From assembly GCF_004010195.1 (NCBI RefSeq), contig NC_057719.1, forward strand, positions 35,592,064 to 35,656,063: DNA of 64,000 bases. The letters run 5' to 3'. Under the pieces are notes generated by a model. That model had not been told where the DNA came from, made no database searches, and was given only the letters and a program-made list of their open reading frames with translations. This document shows positions 51,211 through 64,000 of this stretch, in pieces; the stretch's first letter is position 1; each line of letters begins with the position of its first letter. The translations under genes and the position numbers were made by a program. The stretch comes from Chiloscyllium plagiosum. Its lineage: Eukaryota.

Positions 51211-53277
51211 TTACAAAAACAGTGACTATATTGTGGAACTAGAAATAAAGTGCATAAAATGCATGTTAGTAAATATGAAGCTTAAAGTCATACTTCCTCC
51301 TACCCAAAGGAAATGCCTACCTTAATTGAAACTTGCATAACTTTATTAAGACTCAAGTTGGATAATTTTCACCTAAATCACCAAATATGAAACTGATGCA
51401 ATCAGATCAACCGCCTTTCTTTTTAAAAACACACTGCCCAATTTCGTTCATTGTTGAAGTCAATGAGAAGTAAAATCGGGCAAGTGGACAATTGAATAAT
51501 TACCTAATTTTTTTCCATCAGACAGGTTAAGTAAAAATTACCCCCAAGTTTCAGTTGAGAATACACTAAAATACAACATTTATAGTAACATTTAAAATAA
51601 CAATGTCATGCTTCTACAATAGCAATATCTTAGGATTCAATTTCCATTTATAATCATATGCAAGTTCAATTATAGGTAATGCACAGTAATATCTTCCCTT
51701 TTTGTGAAGATATGCTTTCAAAGTGATCTCTCAGACTTCGCTACACACAAGACAAGGAACGAATTACTTTAAATATATTTTAGAGTTTTACCATTGAACT
51801 TTTTCAAACAAATGCAAGTGACAGACCACAGGAACTAGTATTTCTGACAGAAAACCTTAAGGGTTTTCAAATTGCATACTTGCAAATTCAGGAACAAGCT
51901 TTAAAATACTGACAATTTTGAATGCATGCTGTGTGAACATGTTCTAAATACACATCTACAAGTAATAAAACTTAAAAAAAAGGATGCTGGAAATCTGAAA
52001 CACAAATAGGAAATGATGGATAAACTCAGCAGAGGTCTGGCTCTCCACAGATGCTGTCAGACCTGAGTTTTTCCAGCACATCCTGAACTTGCAAGTTTCT
52101 TTGAAACATTCTAATGTATAGAGGACCTATACTGCAAACACATACTTCAAAATGGCATTTAAGCCAATAATGTTGAATGCCTTACTATCAAATTAAATTG
52201 CACAGAGTGCAAGACAAATTGGATGGACAGCACAAAATCACCAGATTATACCAGGTTTAACAAGGTTAAGACTTATGAAGCCTGGTTGCAAAAAGTTGAT
52301 TTGTACATCTGTGTTCAGAAGGTTTGGGGTAATATAATTGACATGATAAAAGGATCTAATGAGACAAATATAAGAAAACATTTTTTCTAATGGGTAAATC
52401 AAGAACGTGCAGCAAAATTTTTAAGTCAGTCACATCATTCAGAAATGAAATGACAAAGAGAAATTTACAACTCACTTTCCAGAAGAATTTGGCTGCTGGA
52501 TCAATTGAAACTTACAAAACTGAAATCAATATATTGTTGGGGAGCGCATGAAGGAACATGGAGTCAGGCAGATGTTGGAGTTAAGGCCATAGATCAGCTT
52601 CGATCTAACTGGATGTGGAGCAAGTGCAAGCCAATTGATAGCCCACTTCTCTTCTCACATAGGTACAAAAGTGCTTTCAGCTTATTAATACAAAACATTT
52701 TTCAAAATTAAAAACATGTCTAATTGAATAATTAAAACATATGAAGTGTTCATGCTTCAAATTGCCCAAATTAAAACAAGAATTTTATTTTATGTGAATG
52801 CTTAATTTGATATTCTGTTTTTTGACTTTATTCTTTCATTGGATGTGGACATTATTGCTAAGGTCAGCATGTGTTGCCCATCCCTAACTGCACTCGAGGG
52901 TCAACCACATTGTTATGGGTGTTATTCAGAATACAGTAAGGATGACATTTTTTTCCCCTTTAGAACATGTGCAAAACAAACAGGCTGTTACAACAATGAT
53001 AGTTTCATGTTCATCATTACAGAGACGAGTTTTACAATTTCACTGACTGAATTTAAGATTCACCAACTGTCATGGTGTGATTTGAACTCAAGTCTCCAAA
53101 TCTCACTTAGGGACTCTTTAACTATCATAATAACACTATCCCTAGAGAAACATTCTTCCGGAATATTTGTGCTTTTCGTATTCTTCATACAACTACTTTA
53201 CATTCTAACTTATTGCAAAGGTTTTTTCTGCTTAAAGTTTATGGAAGGCCAAATACAATAATAGAACAATTCACTTA

Positions 53278-53406
<129 letters not shown>

Positions 53407-53622
53407 CTAGGTCAAAGAATATACATCAAGAAAATAAAAATAGTAAGACATTGCATGCAACTACAAAGAATTCAAGTGTTTTCATACAGAAGAAGCAATT
53501 TTTTTGTTATTATTTGATACAATCCATTGACAACTTTATAGTTTGGTCAGTACCATACTAGAGGTCTTAAAATAAAATGTACTATTGTGAAAACGTAATT
53601 ATTATCCAAATTCTCATTTTTA

Positions 53623-53808
<186 letters not shown>

Positions 53809-54812
53809 CTACAAAAGTCAAAATACTGTTGGAGCCATATACTCAAACTTTGAAGCATAACAAACAACTTAGAGAAGCCAATACAGTAAAAGTCCAGCTA
53901 TTGAATGATATAGTATAGCTATTAAACTAGTCAGTCAGTTTTTCAACCAATTGTGTATGCGTTGGTCATCAAACATTTATCTACTCTTGTCCCATTTCCA
54001 AGCACTTAGTCTACAGCCTTACATGCAATGCAGTTGTGTATTCATCATAATACTTTCAAATGTTCTGATGCTTCTTGTCGACACAACCCTTTCAGACACT
54101 TGAGCTTGAGACACTCATCACTCTCAGGATAAAAAATCCTAATCCTTAAAGTCTCAAACAGTTACATTATAACCTGTGTGCCTTTGCAGTTGGCACTTTG
54201 ATTAAAGGCAAGTATTCTTTATCCCTTTTTAAATAATTTATTCAACGGTCCTCTTGCTTTTAAATATCTGTGGACATGCACACCGAGGTCCCTTTGATCC
54301 TCTATTTTCCAGGGTACTACTATTCATCATGTACTCCTTTGTTTTGCTAGTATTCCCAAAGCGCACCACATCTCACCGTTCCAGATTAAGTTTAATTTGC
54401 CACTAGTCTGCCCAATTGACCAGCCTGTCCATATCGCAATATAAGGCTTGCCTCCTCACTATTTACTGCACCAGTTTGTGCCATCCATGAACATATTGAT
54501 CAAATCTACATTCATACACATTACAAAGAAGCCAGCACAAATTCTGCTGTATGCCACTGGATGCAGGTTGCCAGTTACAAAAACAATCTTTGATCACCCT
54601 CCATCCCCTGCCAGTAAGCCATTTTGGATGCAATTTGCCAAATTATCCTGGACACCATGGGCTCCTTATCTTCTTGACCAATCTCACATGTGACAACTTT
54701 CAAAGGCCTGACTGAAATCGACATAGATTACTTCAACTGCACTGCCCTCATGTAGTCACTTGTTCAAAACAATTCAAACAGTAAGGTATGATCTTTGTCT
54801 TTCAAAGCCATA

Positions 54813-55031
54813 CTGTCAGTTCTGCGATAACACGGTAGTTCAGTTCTCGTGCAATTCCGTGCTTTCAGAAAATTGCGTAATAGCAGCACCATTTAAACTA
54901 ATGGTGTCGGAATCATGTTATAACCAGTACATGCTTTAAAAGTTCACGCTATAGAAACAGTGTCCTCAATTTGTCAATTGCGTTATAGCGAATTTGCATT
55001 AACGAAATGCACGATATAGTAGAATGATCTG
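54813..55031. mobile_element. Degenerate TA-flanked MITE (Tc1/mariner-like) inserted in the CR1
   Basis: TA flanks and imperfect inverted termini. The host reads aaagcca[ta]ctgactatcc when the insert is removed. Confidence 0.6.
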
Positions 55032-55074
55032 TACTGACTATCCTTGATTCATCCCTGCCTCTCCAAGTGGAGAT

Positions 55075-55452
55075 CAATTCCACCTCTCAATTATTCTAAA
55101 TGTTTTTGGACATTCTGGAGGGAGGAAGCACGTTTCCGCTGATGGGAGAGTCCAGAACCAGAGGACATAGTTTAAAAAATAAGGGTTAGGCCATTTCGAA
55201 CAGAGTTGAGGAGGAACTTCTTCACCCAGAGATTGGTGGATATATGGAATGCTCTGCCCTAGAAGGCAGTGGAGACCAAGTCTCTGGATACTTTGAAGAA
55301 AGAGATGGATAGAGCTCTTAAAGATAGTGGAATCAAGGGTTATGGGGATAAGGCAGGAACAGGATACTGATTGTGGATGATCAGCTATGATCATAATGAA
55401 TGGTGGTGCTGGCTCGAAGGGCCAAATGGCCTACTCCTGCACCTATTGTCTA
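55075..55452 (+). mobile_element. CR1 3'-end fragment, opposite in orientation to its host
   Basis: gagtccagaaccagaggacatag..gaggaggaacttcttcacccaga..gaagggccaaatggcctactcctgcacctattgtcta. Confidence 0.85.
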
Positions 55453-55682
55453 CTGATGTTACACCCACAGGTCTATTGTTCCATCTATGACTCCTATCAC
55501 TCCTTTTTAAAAATGATATCATGTTAGCTCCCTTGCATCTCTTTCCTGCAGTCAGAGAGGATTTGAAACTTAATATCAGGACAAGTGCAATCTCCTCCCT
55601 TGCCTCACACAGGAGTCTGAGATACATCTCATCTGGCCCTGGCGATTTAACCAATTTTAAGGTCACTAAAATGCTAATAATT

Positions 55683-56894
55683 TTGGATGTAGGTTTGCTC
55701 ACTGAGCTGGAAGGTTAATTTTCAGATGTTTCGTCACCATACTAGGCAACATCATCAGTGAGCCTCTGAATGAAGCACTGGTGGCATGGCCCGCTTTCTA
55801 TTTTTGTGTTTTGGTTTCCAAGGGTTGATAATGTCATTTCCTGCTATGATCGAATATTGAACTACAGAAACAATCATCCTAACACCCACAAACAAAGCTG
55901 CATTAGAACATTGTTTCAATGAGTCACCACACACTGCAGCACAGAGGAACTACGCAGAGCAGAGGAAAATCACCTATACAGTGTAACTGGTATCCAATAA
56001 ACACAGTGTGCCGATTTCTCAGCAACAAACTCCAACAAGCAGACAAAACATGTCCAGAAACCCTAGCCACTCTCCCCTACATCAAAGATATCTCAGAAAT
56101 GACTGCGAGACTACTCAGCCCCCTTGGCATCATTGTAGCCCACAAGCCCACCAACACACTAAAACAGCAGCTTATGAACTTGAAAGACCCTATCAGACAA
56201 CAAGCAAAACTAATGTCATTTACAAAATACCTTGCACGAATCGCAACAAACACCACATTGGACAAACCAGGAAATATGAACATCAACTAGCCACTAAAAG
56301 ACACAACCCACTCTCACTAGTATCCTTACATACAGAAGAGGAAAGACACCACTTCGACTGGGACAACACATGCATCCTAGGACAAGCCAAACAGACACGC
56401 GCGAGAATTCCTAGAAGCATAGCATTCCAACTGGAACTCGATCAACAATCACATTGACTTGGATCCCATTTACCACCCCCTGAGAAAAAGAACAGGAAAC
56501 GACATCACCAACTCAAGGAAACCTAAACACATAAATAGAAAGTGGGTCATGCCACCGGCGCATCATCTGGAGGCTCACTGATGATGTCATTAAATATGGT
56601 GACGAAAACGAATTTGGTTAAGCAAAATGTGAAAGTCTCAGAAAGGATGAAATTCTTAAAATGTATCTAGGAGATTATCTTAAGACAGCACATAGAAATC
56701 CCAACAAGGGAGGGCTTGGTAACCAAGCTGGACAAACGGTAGAAATATTTGGTGGGGGTGCATTTCAGTGACAGTGACCATAATTCAGTAACATTTCAAG
56801 TAGCTACAAAAAAGGACAAAAATGACCTTCCAGCTCAGCGAGCAAACCTACATTTAGAACCTCAACCTGAGCTACAAATTTTCTCAAAAGTTCA
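55683..56894 (+). mobile_element. 5'-truncated Penelope-like retroelement (GIY-YIG endonuclease remnant) with an inverted 5' pseudo-LTR
   Basis: LPYIKDISEMTARLL..VAHKPTNTLKQQL, NVIYKIPC..HIGQT and FDWDNT.IL. 55683-55843 is an inverted copy of the 3' repeat (56493-56610 + 56819-56858). Candidate 9-bp TSD ctaataatt at 55674-55682 and 56895-56903. Confidence 0.88.
55722..55762 (-). ncRNA. Hammerhead ribozyme-like motif in the inverted Penelope repeat (slightly degenerate)
   Basis: Minus strand ctca-CTGATGA-t-GTTGCC-tagtat-GGTGAC-GAAA-ca-TC-tgaa. The sister copy at 56575-56610 (+) is interrupted right after GAAAACG. Confidence 0.55.
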
Positions 56895-57815
56895 CTAATA
56901 ATTCCTCCCTCTCCACTGTGATTTGTTCAAGGACATCATAGGTCTCCCCACTGATTTCAACAACTATATTATCCTTCTCTATAGTACTCTACATGTCTAT
57001 TTACTCCTTTAAAATCTCACCTACATCTTGCAGCTCCATACACAGTTTGTCACACTGCCTTCTAATAGGCCTGCCTCTTTCCTTGGTTATCCTCTTGCCC
57101 CTAACATTTTTGAGAGATGTCTTTGGTTCTTCTTTTGTTTTACCTGCCAATGTTTTTTCATACTCCTTTTTACTTTTATGAATTGTCATTTAAGTAAACT
57201 TTTACAATGTCAGTATGCCTCTAGAGCTTCCAGTATTTTGAACTCTCAGTATCTACAATAAACATCCCTTTTTTTCCCTCTATTCAATCCTGTACTATCC
57301 TTGACATTTAGGGTTCACTGTACTACACTCATTTTGAAAGGCTTCCACTCCTTTCATAGAATTTCCTGTACATTGCTGCTCCCAGTCCATTTTGGCCAGA
57401 TCCTGTCTCATCAGATTAAAACTGGCTTGCCTCAATTCAGAACCTTTACTTACATTTCATTTTTGTCCATCCTACTTGAAATGTTACTGAATTATGGTCA
57501 CTGTCACTGAAATGCATCCCCACCAATATTTCTACCGTTTGTCCGGTTTGTTTACCAAAAATTCAGTCGAGTACCGTGCCCTTGTTGAGATTTCTATGTG
57601 CTGACTTAAGATAAGCTCCAAAAAACATTTTAAGAATTCCATCCTTTCTGGGGAATCCAAGATGGCGGCAACCCAGCAAGTCTGAGTCTACAGTGCTCCT
57701 CCCAAGACTTGGGCAAAGTGGGTCACCCACCCCCACCACACTCACCAAATCATTTAAAATAGCTGTTTAATTAGTTGCTTAGTATTAAATTTAAACAATC
57801 TAATCTTCAGTAAAA

Positions 57816-58673
57816 ATGACTAAAGGGAAGGGAGCCCGCAGCTCTCAGCAAGCAGGAACTCCTCCCTCATCCTCTCCAGCTGCAGCTGAGGCGTGCGCAG
57901 CCGCCCCGGGGGACTTACCTACAGTGGCGTACCTCGTGGAAATCATCTCCAAACTGGATGCAAAGATCGACACATTTATTGAAGAATCCCGAAGTCGATG
58001 GGACTCACTCTCGGCCGCGCTGCAAAAGCACGACCGAGACATTAAGGATATCGAGCGCCGAGTCGGAGGGGCGGAGCTAAAGGCCGCAACCTCCGAAACT
58101 ACAGCGCAATCGGCCGTGGATCGGGTCCGGACTCTCAAACAGCGAGTCCAGATCTCAGAGAATCCTATTGATGACCTCGATAATCGAGGTCGTCGAAAAA
58201 ATATTCGTTTGCTGGGCCTTCCCGAACGGGAAGAGGAAGGCCAGCTTACAGCACTTCTCGAACAGTGGCTGCCACAGCTTTTAAATCTGGAGGCTGGATC
58301 AGGCCAGGTAAGGGTGGAATGGGCCTACCGGGTTGCAATACGCGGGCCCGGCTCGAACCAGCATCCCCGCCCGGTCCTGTTCCGGCTGCAGAGCTATAAG
58401 GAGAGGCAGATACTCCTAGAAGCCTCTAGAAATCTTGGAAAAGATTCCCAAGCCATGATCTATAAAGGATCCAAGATCATGTTATTCCAGGACTTTTCCC
58501 CAGCTCTGGTCCAAAAGAGGAAGGCATTCGATGAGGCGAAGTAGTGTTAAAGGGACTTAAATATTCAGTACTCCTTACGCTACCCGGCGACGCTACGCTT
58601 TAACCATGAAGGATCAGTGTATAACTTCGGATCGCTGGAAAAGGCTAAGGAATTTTTGGACTCGCTTAGATAA
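57816..58673 (+). pseudogene. L1 ORF1p (coiled coil, RRM, CTD) with two in-frame stops at 58542-58550
   Basis: LDNRGRRKNIRLLGLPE, HPRPVLFRL and FQDFSP. After TAG-TGT-TAA the frame continues to YSLRYPATLRF..AKEFLDSLR* (YPAKL-like motif). Confidence 0.9.
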
Positions 58674-59407
58674 ATTATAAGAGATAATGGATGTTGGTTT
58701 GCCTTCCCCGAACTGCGGTTTATATCCCCCCCTTTTCTTTTATTTTACCTTACTGCTTAATATTATCTTGGGGGGTGGGGAGAGGGATTTATTTATTTAT
58801 TCTCTATTTAACGATTTTCTCCTCCCCCCCTTGGGTTTTTTAAAATTATTCTATATATATAAGCCAGGGGGGTCCAACTAATGTTGGTGGGGGGAGGTGG
58901 TTACCTTATTCTATTTTACCTCTGTCTCTAGGAGCGGGGTTGTTTTCCCTTGTTATTTTGTATTATTAAATTTAATTATTATTTGTTGAGGTTGTAATTT
59001 TATAGTTATATATTTTATACATGGTGTTAACATTACCAAATATATCCAGGTGTTGGTGTGGGTGGGGTGGGGGTAGGGTGCTCACTGTTAACTCTAGTTT
59101 TGTAGTATTCTAGAATTTGTAGAATTCTCCTCATCCTATTGGGGACTGCCTGGGTCAAGGGTGGGGCACTGGTTGGGAGAGGATACGATGTACCTTTGGA
59201 AAGGAAGTGACACCCCCTGGGAACATGGGGGAAAATCTCCATTTAAATACGTTTTATATTTTTTTTATTATTTAGAAATAGTTTTTTATTATATTGTTGT
59301 GAGTGTATTCGAGAGCCTTTATTTTTGTGAATTTTATATGCTCTATGCTCGGGATGTTCTGGATAGGGTTTCCCCTCCTGAGGGGTCTCGGATTTGTCCG
59401 GACGATT

Positions 59408-62400
59408 ATGGTTGATCAGTCGGTTAAGTGGTGCACCTGGAATGTCACGGGGAGTAATTCGCCAATCAAAAGGAAGAAAATATCAAATCTCAAGAAAGAA
59501 AGAGTTGATATAGCTCTTCTACAGGAGACACACCTGTTGGATAAAGAACACTTGAAATTACGACAGGGTGGATTTGATCAGGCCTTTTTTTCTTCTTTTA
59601 GCTCAAAAAGTAGGGGAGTTGTTATTCTTATTCAGAAGAATTTCCCTTTCAAAATCCAAAATCAGATAAAAGATGAATCTGGACGATATATTCTGATTAA
59701 AGCCCTTATAAATGGAGAGGAATATGGGATTTTAAATTTGTACTGCCCTCCGACACACCCCTTTAAATTTATAACGGAAGCCTTCTCAAAATTGGTGGCT
59801 CTTGGTGCCCATCATACAATTATAGGAGGAGACTTTAATTGTATTATGGATCCGGAAATAGATAGGATTCCCAAGAGTACTGCAGGAGTATCTCCCAGAT
59901 CTCGACAATTGGTGGATCTGAATAAAGAATTAGGATTAGGAGATGTATGGAGATGTCTTCATCCACAGGGCAGAGATTTTTCTTTTTACTCCAATCCACA
60001 TAAATGTCATACCAGAATTGATATTTTTTTGCCCCCTTGATTTTTTTAAATTACATATCATCCTGTAAAATAGGTAGGATATCAATTTCCGACCACGCTG
60101 CTGTACATATGGAAATCAAGGCGAGGAACAACGGGACATCCCCTCGGCATTGGCGTATGGACCCCTTCCTGATGAAAGATGGTAAATTTTAAAGTACTTC
60201 TCTCAAGAATTTAAAACTTTTTTAGAAATTAATTTAGGTACGGCTGGCAACCCATCAATGATGTGGGAGACCATCAAAGCTTACGCGCGAGGTTTGATCA
60301 TCTCCTACTCAGTGACCCAGAAAAAATTAAAGGGAGAACAACAGCGTCTGCTCGAAGCTCGCTTAAAAGCAGCTGAAACAGCATACGCTCACAGACCTTC
60401 TATTATCAAATTGCAAAGGATTACGGCCCTTAGGACAGCTCTAACTACCACGCTTACCCAAACGACTAAGAGGGAAATATTATTTGCAAAAACAAAGGTT
60501 ATATGAATTTGGCGATAAACCTGGTAGATACTTAGCATTTCGTGCAAAGAAAAAAAGCCCCTCAAACTATCACGTCTATCAAGGAAAGTAAGGGTATTTT
60601 GACTCATGATCATAAAAAGATTAATACAATCTTTAGAAAATTTTATTCTGATTTATATAAATCGCAGGATTGTGAAGACAGGATCAGGAGGATGCAATCA
60701 TTTTTTAAAAATTTGACCTTTCTGGACCTAACTCCGGAACAGGTATCGGACTTAAATGCTCCCCTAACAGTCCAAGAAATACTTGACGCAATCAGGCAAA
60801 TTCAGAGCGGTAAGGCACCTGGCCCAGATGGCTTTCAAGCTGAATTCTATAAAGAATTTACAGGAATATTGGCTGGTCCACTTATGGACATGTATAACTA
60901 CGCATACAGTCAGGGTTGTCTCCCGCCTTTGCTGAAAGAGGCAAATATCTCTCTTATCCTTAAAAAAGGATCCAGAAGATTGTGCGTCATCCTTGCTAAA
61001 TGTAGATTTTAAAATCCTTTCTAAAACGTTAGCATTGAGACTAGAAAGGGTATTGCTACATATCATAAAGGAGGATCAGACGGGGTTTATTAAGGGCTGT
61101 AGATCATCCAATAATACTAGAAGGGTTTTGAATATGATTCAAGCCTGCCATCAGGGAAAGATACCAGGAGTAGTAGTCTCATTAGGCGCGGAAAAGGCAT
61201 TCGATAGGGTTGAATGGTCATATTTGTTTTACACATTGGAAAGGTTTGGCGTTGGAAAGGTGTTTACCAAATGGGTCTCAACATGGTATAGTGATCCCAA
61301 AGCAGTTGTGGTTACCAATGGATTAGGTTCGGATAGCTTCAGTATGGGTAGGGGTTGCCGTCAGGGATGTCCTCTCTCGCCATTGTTATTTACGCTAATA
61401 ATTGAACCACTCGCAGAAGCTATATGGGCTGATCCCAATATAACGGCCCCGAGGATTGCTACAGGTAAACATAAAATTACCCTTTATGCAGATGATGTTC
61501 TTCGATTCTTCAGTAATCCTCTGATGTCCGTAGCTCGCTTAATCCAAGTTATTAATACATTTAGCGCATTCTCAGGCTATAAAATTAATTTCTCAAAATC
61601 AGAGGCTATGCCAATGGGTGACCTTGCTATGATACCCCACTTAGTGACGGATCCCACTTTCCCTTTCGGTGGTCCCTGGAGGGTTTCTTATATTTAGGCA
61701 TTTTTATTACCCCAGTATTTGGTCAGTTATACAAGGCTAACTTTGTGCATTTATTGGAAAGGATAAGGCAGGGCCTCCAGCAATAGGGAGACCTTCCAAT
61801 TTCCTGGCTGGGTAGAATAGTACTAATTAAAATGAATGTCCTGCCCCGTCTCCTATACCCCATGAGAATGCTTCCGGTGATGCTGCCAAGACTGGCACTA
61901 CATAAATTATCTGGCTGGTTGGGTTCCTTTATCTGGAATCATAGACGACCCCTCATTAAGCTGAAGAAGCTACAGCTTCCACAGGCAAGGGGAGGATTGG
62001 ACTTCCCAGATTTTAGGAAATATCAGTTAAGTTCCCTATTAAGTTACATAGCTGATTGGGTCTTGTCTGATCCGCAATCAATTTGGCTGGACATCGAGGC
62101 TTCTCAAGTAAAATGCCCACTTATTAACCTTTTATCTTCAGACAAGAAGAAAATCATTATGGATCACTGTAAAAACCCTATAATACTAAACACAATTAAA
62201 GCTTGGAATATAATGTGGCAAAATGAGGACAACTCACATAAAACGTCCCCCTATGCGCCGATAGTGGGAGCATGGGGATTCCAACCGGGGTTTACAGATG
62301 CCATTTTTAAACTCTGGAGATCCAGGGGTATCTCATGTCTAGGGGACCTATTTAAAGATGGGGTCCTGATGTCTTTTGAACAGCTGCATCAGAAATTCGG

Positions 62401-63191
62401 ATTACCTAATGGAGACGTCTTTCGATACTTCCAAATTTGAGATTATATACAGAAGACGACTATGTTATTAGATAGTCTTTATAAATCAGATAGAGAATGT
62501 AGAGTACTACGACCAATGGGGGTATCTTCCGTCAGTACTATTTATCATTTAATACATGAAGAAGTATCAGGAGGTATGGACAATCTGCTTAAAACATGGG
62601 ATCAGGATTTGGGTCTAGAAATCTCTATAGAAACGTCCAAATAACATTTGGGAAAACGCCAGAAGAATCACCATCTGTAACAGAGCTCAGGCTATCCAGC
62701 TGAAGATACCTCATAGGGCCCATATAGCACCGGATCGATTGGCAAAATTTAAGGCAGGAGCATCTCCAATATGTCCCAAATGTAAAATTGAGGTGGACAC
62801 TCTTGTACACTGCCTATGGACCGGTCATAAGATCCGTAGATACTGGACTAAAGTAGCAATTACCCTGACAGAAATTTTAGGAACGGAAATTAAAGTGGAC
62901 CCTGTATCTCTCCTTTTGGGCTTTTCGAACTTACCCTCCCTGGATATGCATGGGAAGAGACTATTTTCTATTCTTTCTTTCTGTGCAAGGAAAAATATTT
63001 TGGTAAACAGGGTGGCTGAGGGCCCCCCTGGACTTTCAAATTGGCACAGATTAATTATGGAATGTATTCCCCTTGACTTCCTCACAAATATGGTGCACCG
63101 AAAGGCCGAATTATTTCATAAAATATGGCAGCCCTTCTGGAATTATATGAATACAGATATTTCGGCTATCCTAACAAGGGCTTTTATTTAA
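59408..63191 (+). pseudogene. L1 ORF2p (APE endonuclease, reverse transcriptase, Cys-rich C-terminus), frameshifted
   Basis: TWNV.G, LQETH, GGDFN, TRID, SDH, KAPGPDG, GCRQGCPLSPLLF, LYADD (61482-61496) and CPKC..HCLW, split over several frames. Confidence 0.93.
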
Positions 63192-64000
63192 TTGAGATTA
63201 TGAACCTGGCTGGTCCGGGGCCCCTTGGGAGAGGAATCCCGCACGAATACGGGTTTTGTTACATTTGATGTTAACACATTCCGAGCATGTATCTCACTAT
63301 CCAATTTCTGTGTTATCCATTGGTTTTTTTTTTCTTTCTATTATTTGAATAATGTAAGAGACTTAAATATACACTCTGGTTAGTTGTAGGTGAGATTAGT
63401 AGTTAGTTGAGTTTTGTATTTTTTTCTTTCTCGGTATTTTTCTTTTGTTAAATTTTGGTTATTATTTATTTAAGATTTAATTGTATATCAATGTTTGTAC
63501 TTGAGAGTTTTGTTTATTTTTGTAAACTTGTAAAAAATGTTAAATTTCTAATAAAAATATCTATTAAAAAAAAAGAATTCCATCCTTTCTGAGACTTTCA
63601 CATTCTGCGTAACCCAATTAGTATTGGGGAAGTTGAAATCCCGTATTATAACCACACCTGAAATTTGAATACATTTCTGCCTTTCTATCTCTGACTGTTT
63701 GGGGGTCCAAAGTACATTCCTATTAAGTGACTGCCCCCTTTTTTGATTTCAGGTTCATGTAGCATATAGCCTCATTTGAGGAATAATCTAAGGTATCACC
63801 CCTTTTTATTGTAGTAATTGACTCCTTGAACAATACTGCAACACCATCAATTCTTGTACATCTCTCCACATCTCATCGAAGATTTGGAATATTGAGTCTG
63901 CCCCTTCATTGACCATGTCTATGTGGCAGTAGTATCATCTCCCCATGTTTTAACCAGCACCCTCAACTCATCTGCCTTATGCACAACACCCTTTACAGTG

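Larger units (their letters stand above)
53950..57631 (-). mobile_element. Old CR1 LINE hosting nested insertions; it resumes at 63592-64000 after the L1
   Basis: Minus-strand KSPGPDEMYLRLLCEAREEIA, KRITKERGRPIR and SDHNSV-like segments. The sequence is continuous across the MITE, Penelope and L1 insertions. Confidence 0.8.
57651..63572 (+). mobile_element. Full-length (~5.9 kb) L1-clade LINE, inactivated, antisense within a PPP2R5C intron
   Basis: Perfect 19-bp TSD aagaattccatcctttctg (57632-57650 and 63573-63591). 5' gggaatccaagatggcggc, then ORF1, a spacer, ORF2, AATAAA (63550-63555) and a short A tail. Confidence 0.96.

Overview
This is eukaryotic vertebrate genomic DNA. It is most likely a shark or other elasmobranch, inferred from HE1-like V-SINEs, SacSINE1/Deu-type SINEs and dense CR1 LINEs. 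Two spliced genes lie head-to-tail on the minus strand. PPP2R5C (PP2A B56-gamma) contributes its last six coding exons (53808->34985) and a ~2.9 kb 3'UTR. DYNC1H1 (cytoplasmic dynein heavy chain) contributes its CpG-island promoter and coding exons 1-5 (10985->3517). This is the same gene order as on human chromosome 14. Most of the remainder is transposon-derived: CR1, RTE, Tx1, Penelope-like, SINE, MITE and a probable solo LTR. There is a 991-nt N gap. The most interesting non-genic features are: (i) minimal hammerhead-ribozyme motifs in Penelope-like repeats; (ii) a nested TE stack in a PPP2R5C intron, where an inverted ~215-bp copy of neighbouring DNA sits at a Penelope hammerhead cleavage position and preserves the empty site later occupied by (iii) a full-length L1 with a perfect 19-bp TSD and a 5' YY1-like motif; (iv) diverged direct repeats bracketing both DYNC1H1 exon 1 and the PPP2R5C last exon; (v) an unexplained CpG-retaining, AT-rich intergenic island. 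All calls come from reading the sequence by eye and from recalled homology. No database search was run, and TE boundaries are approximate unless TSDs are quoted.
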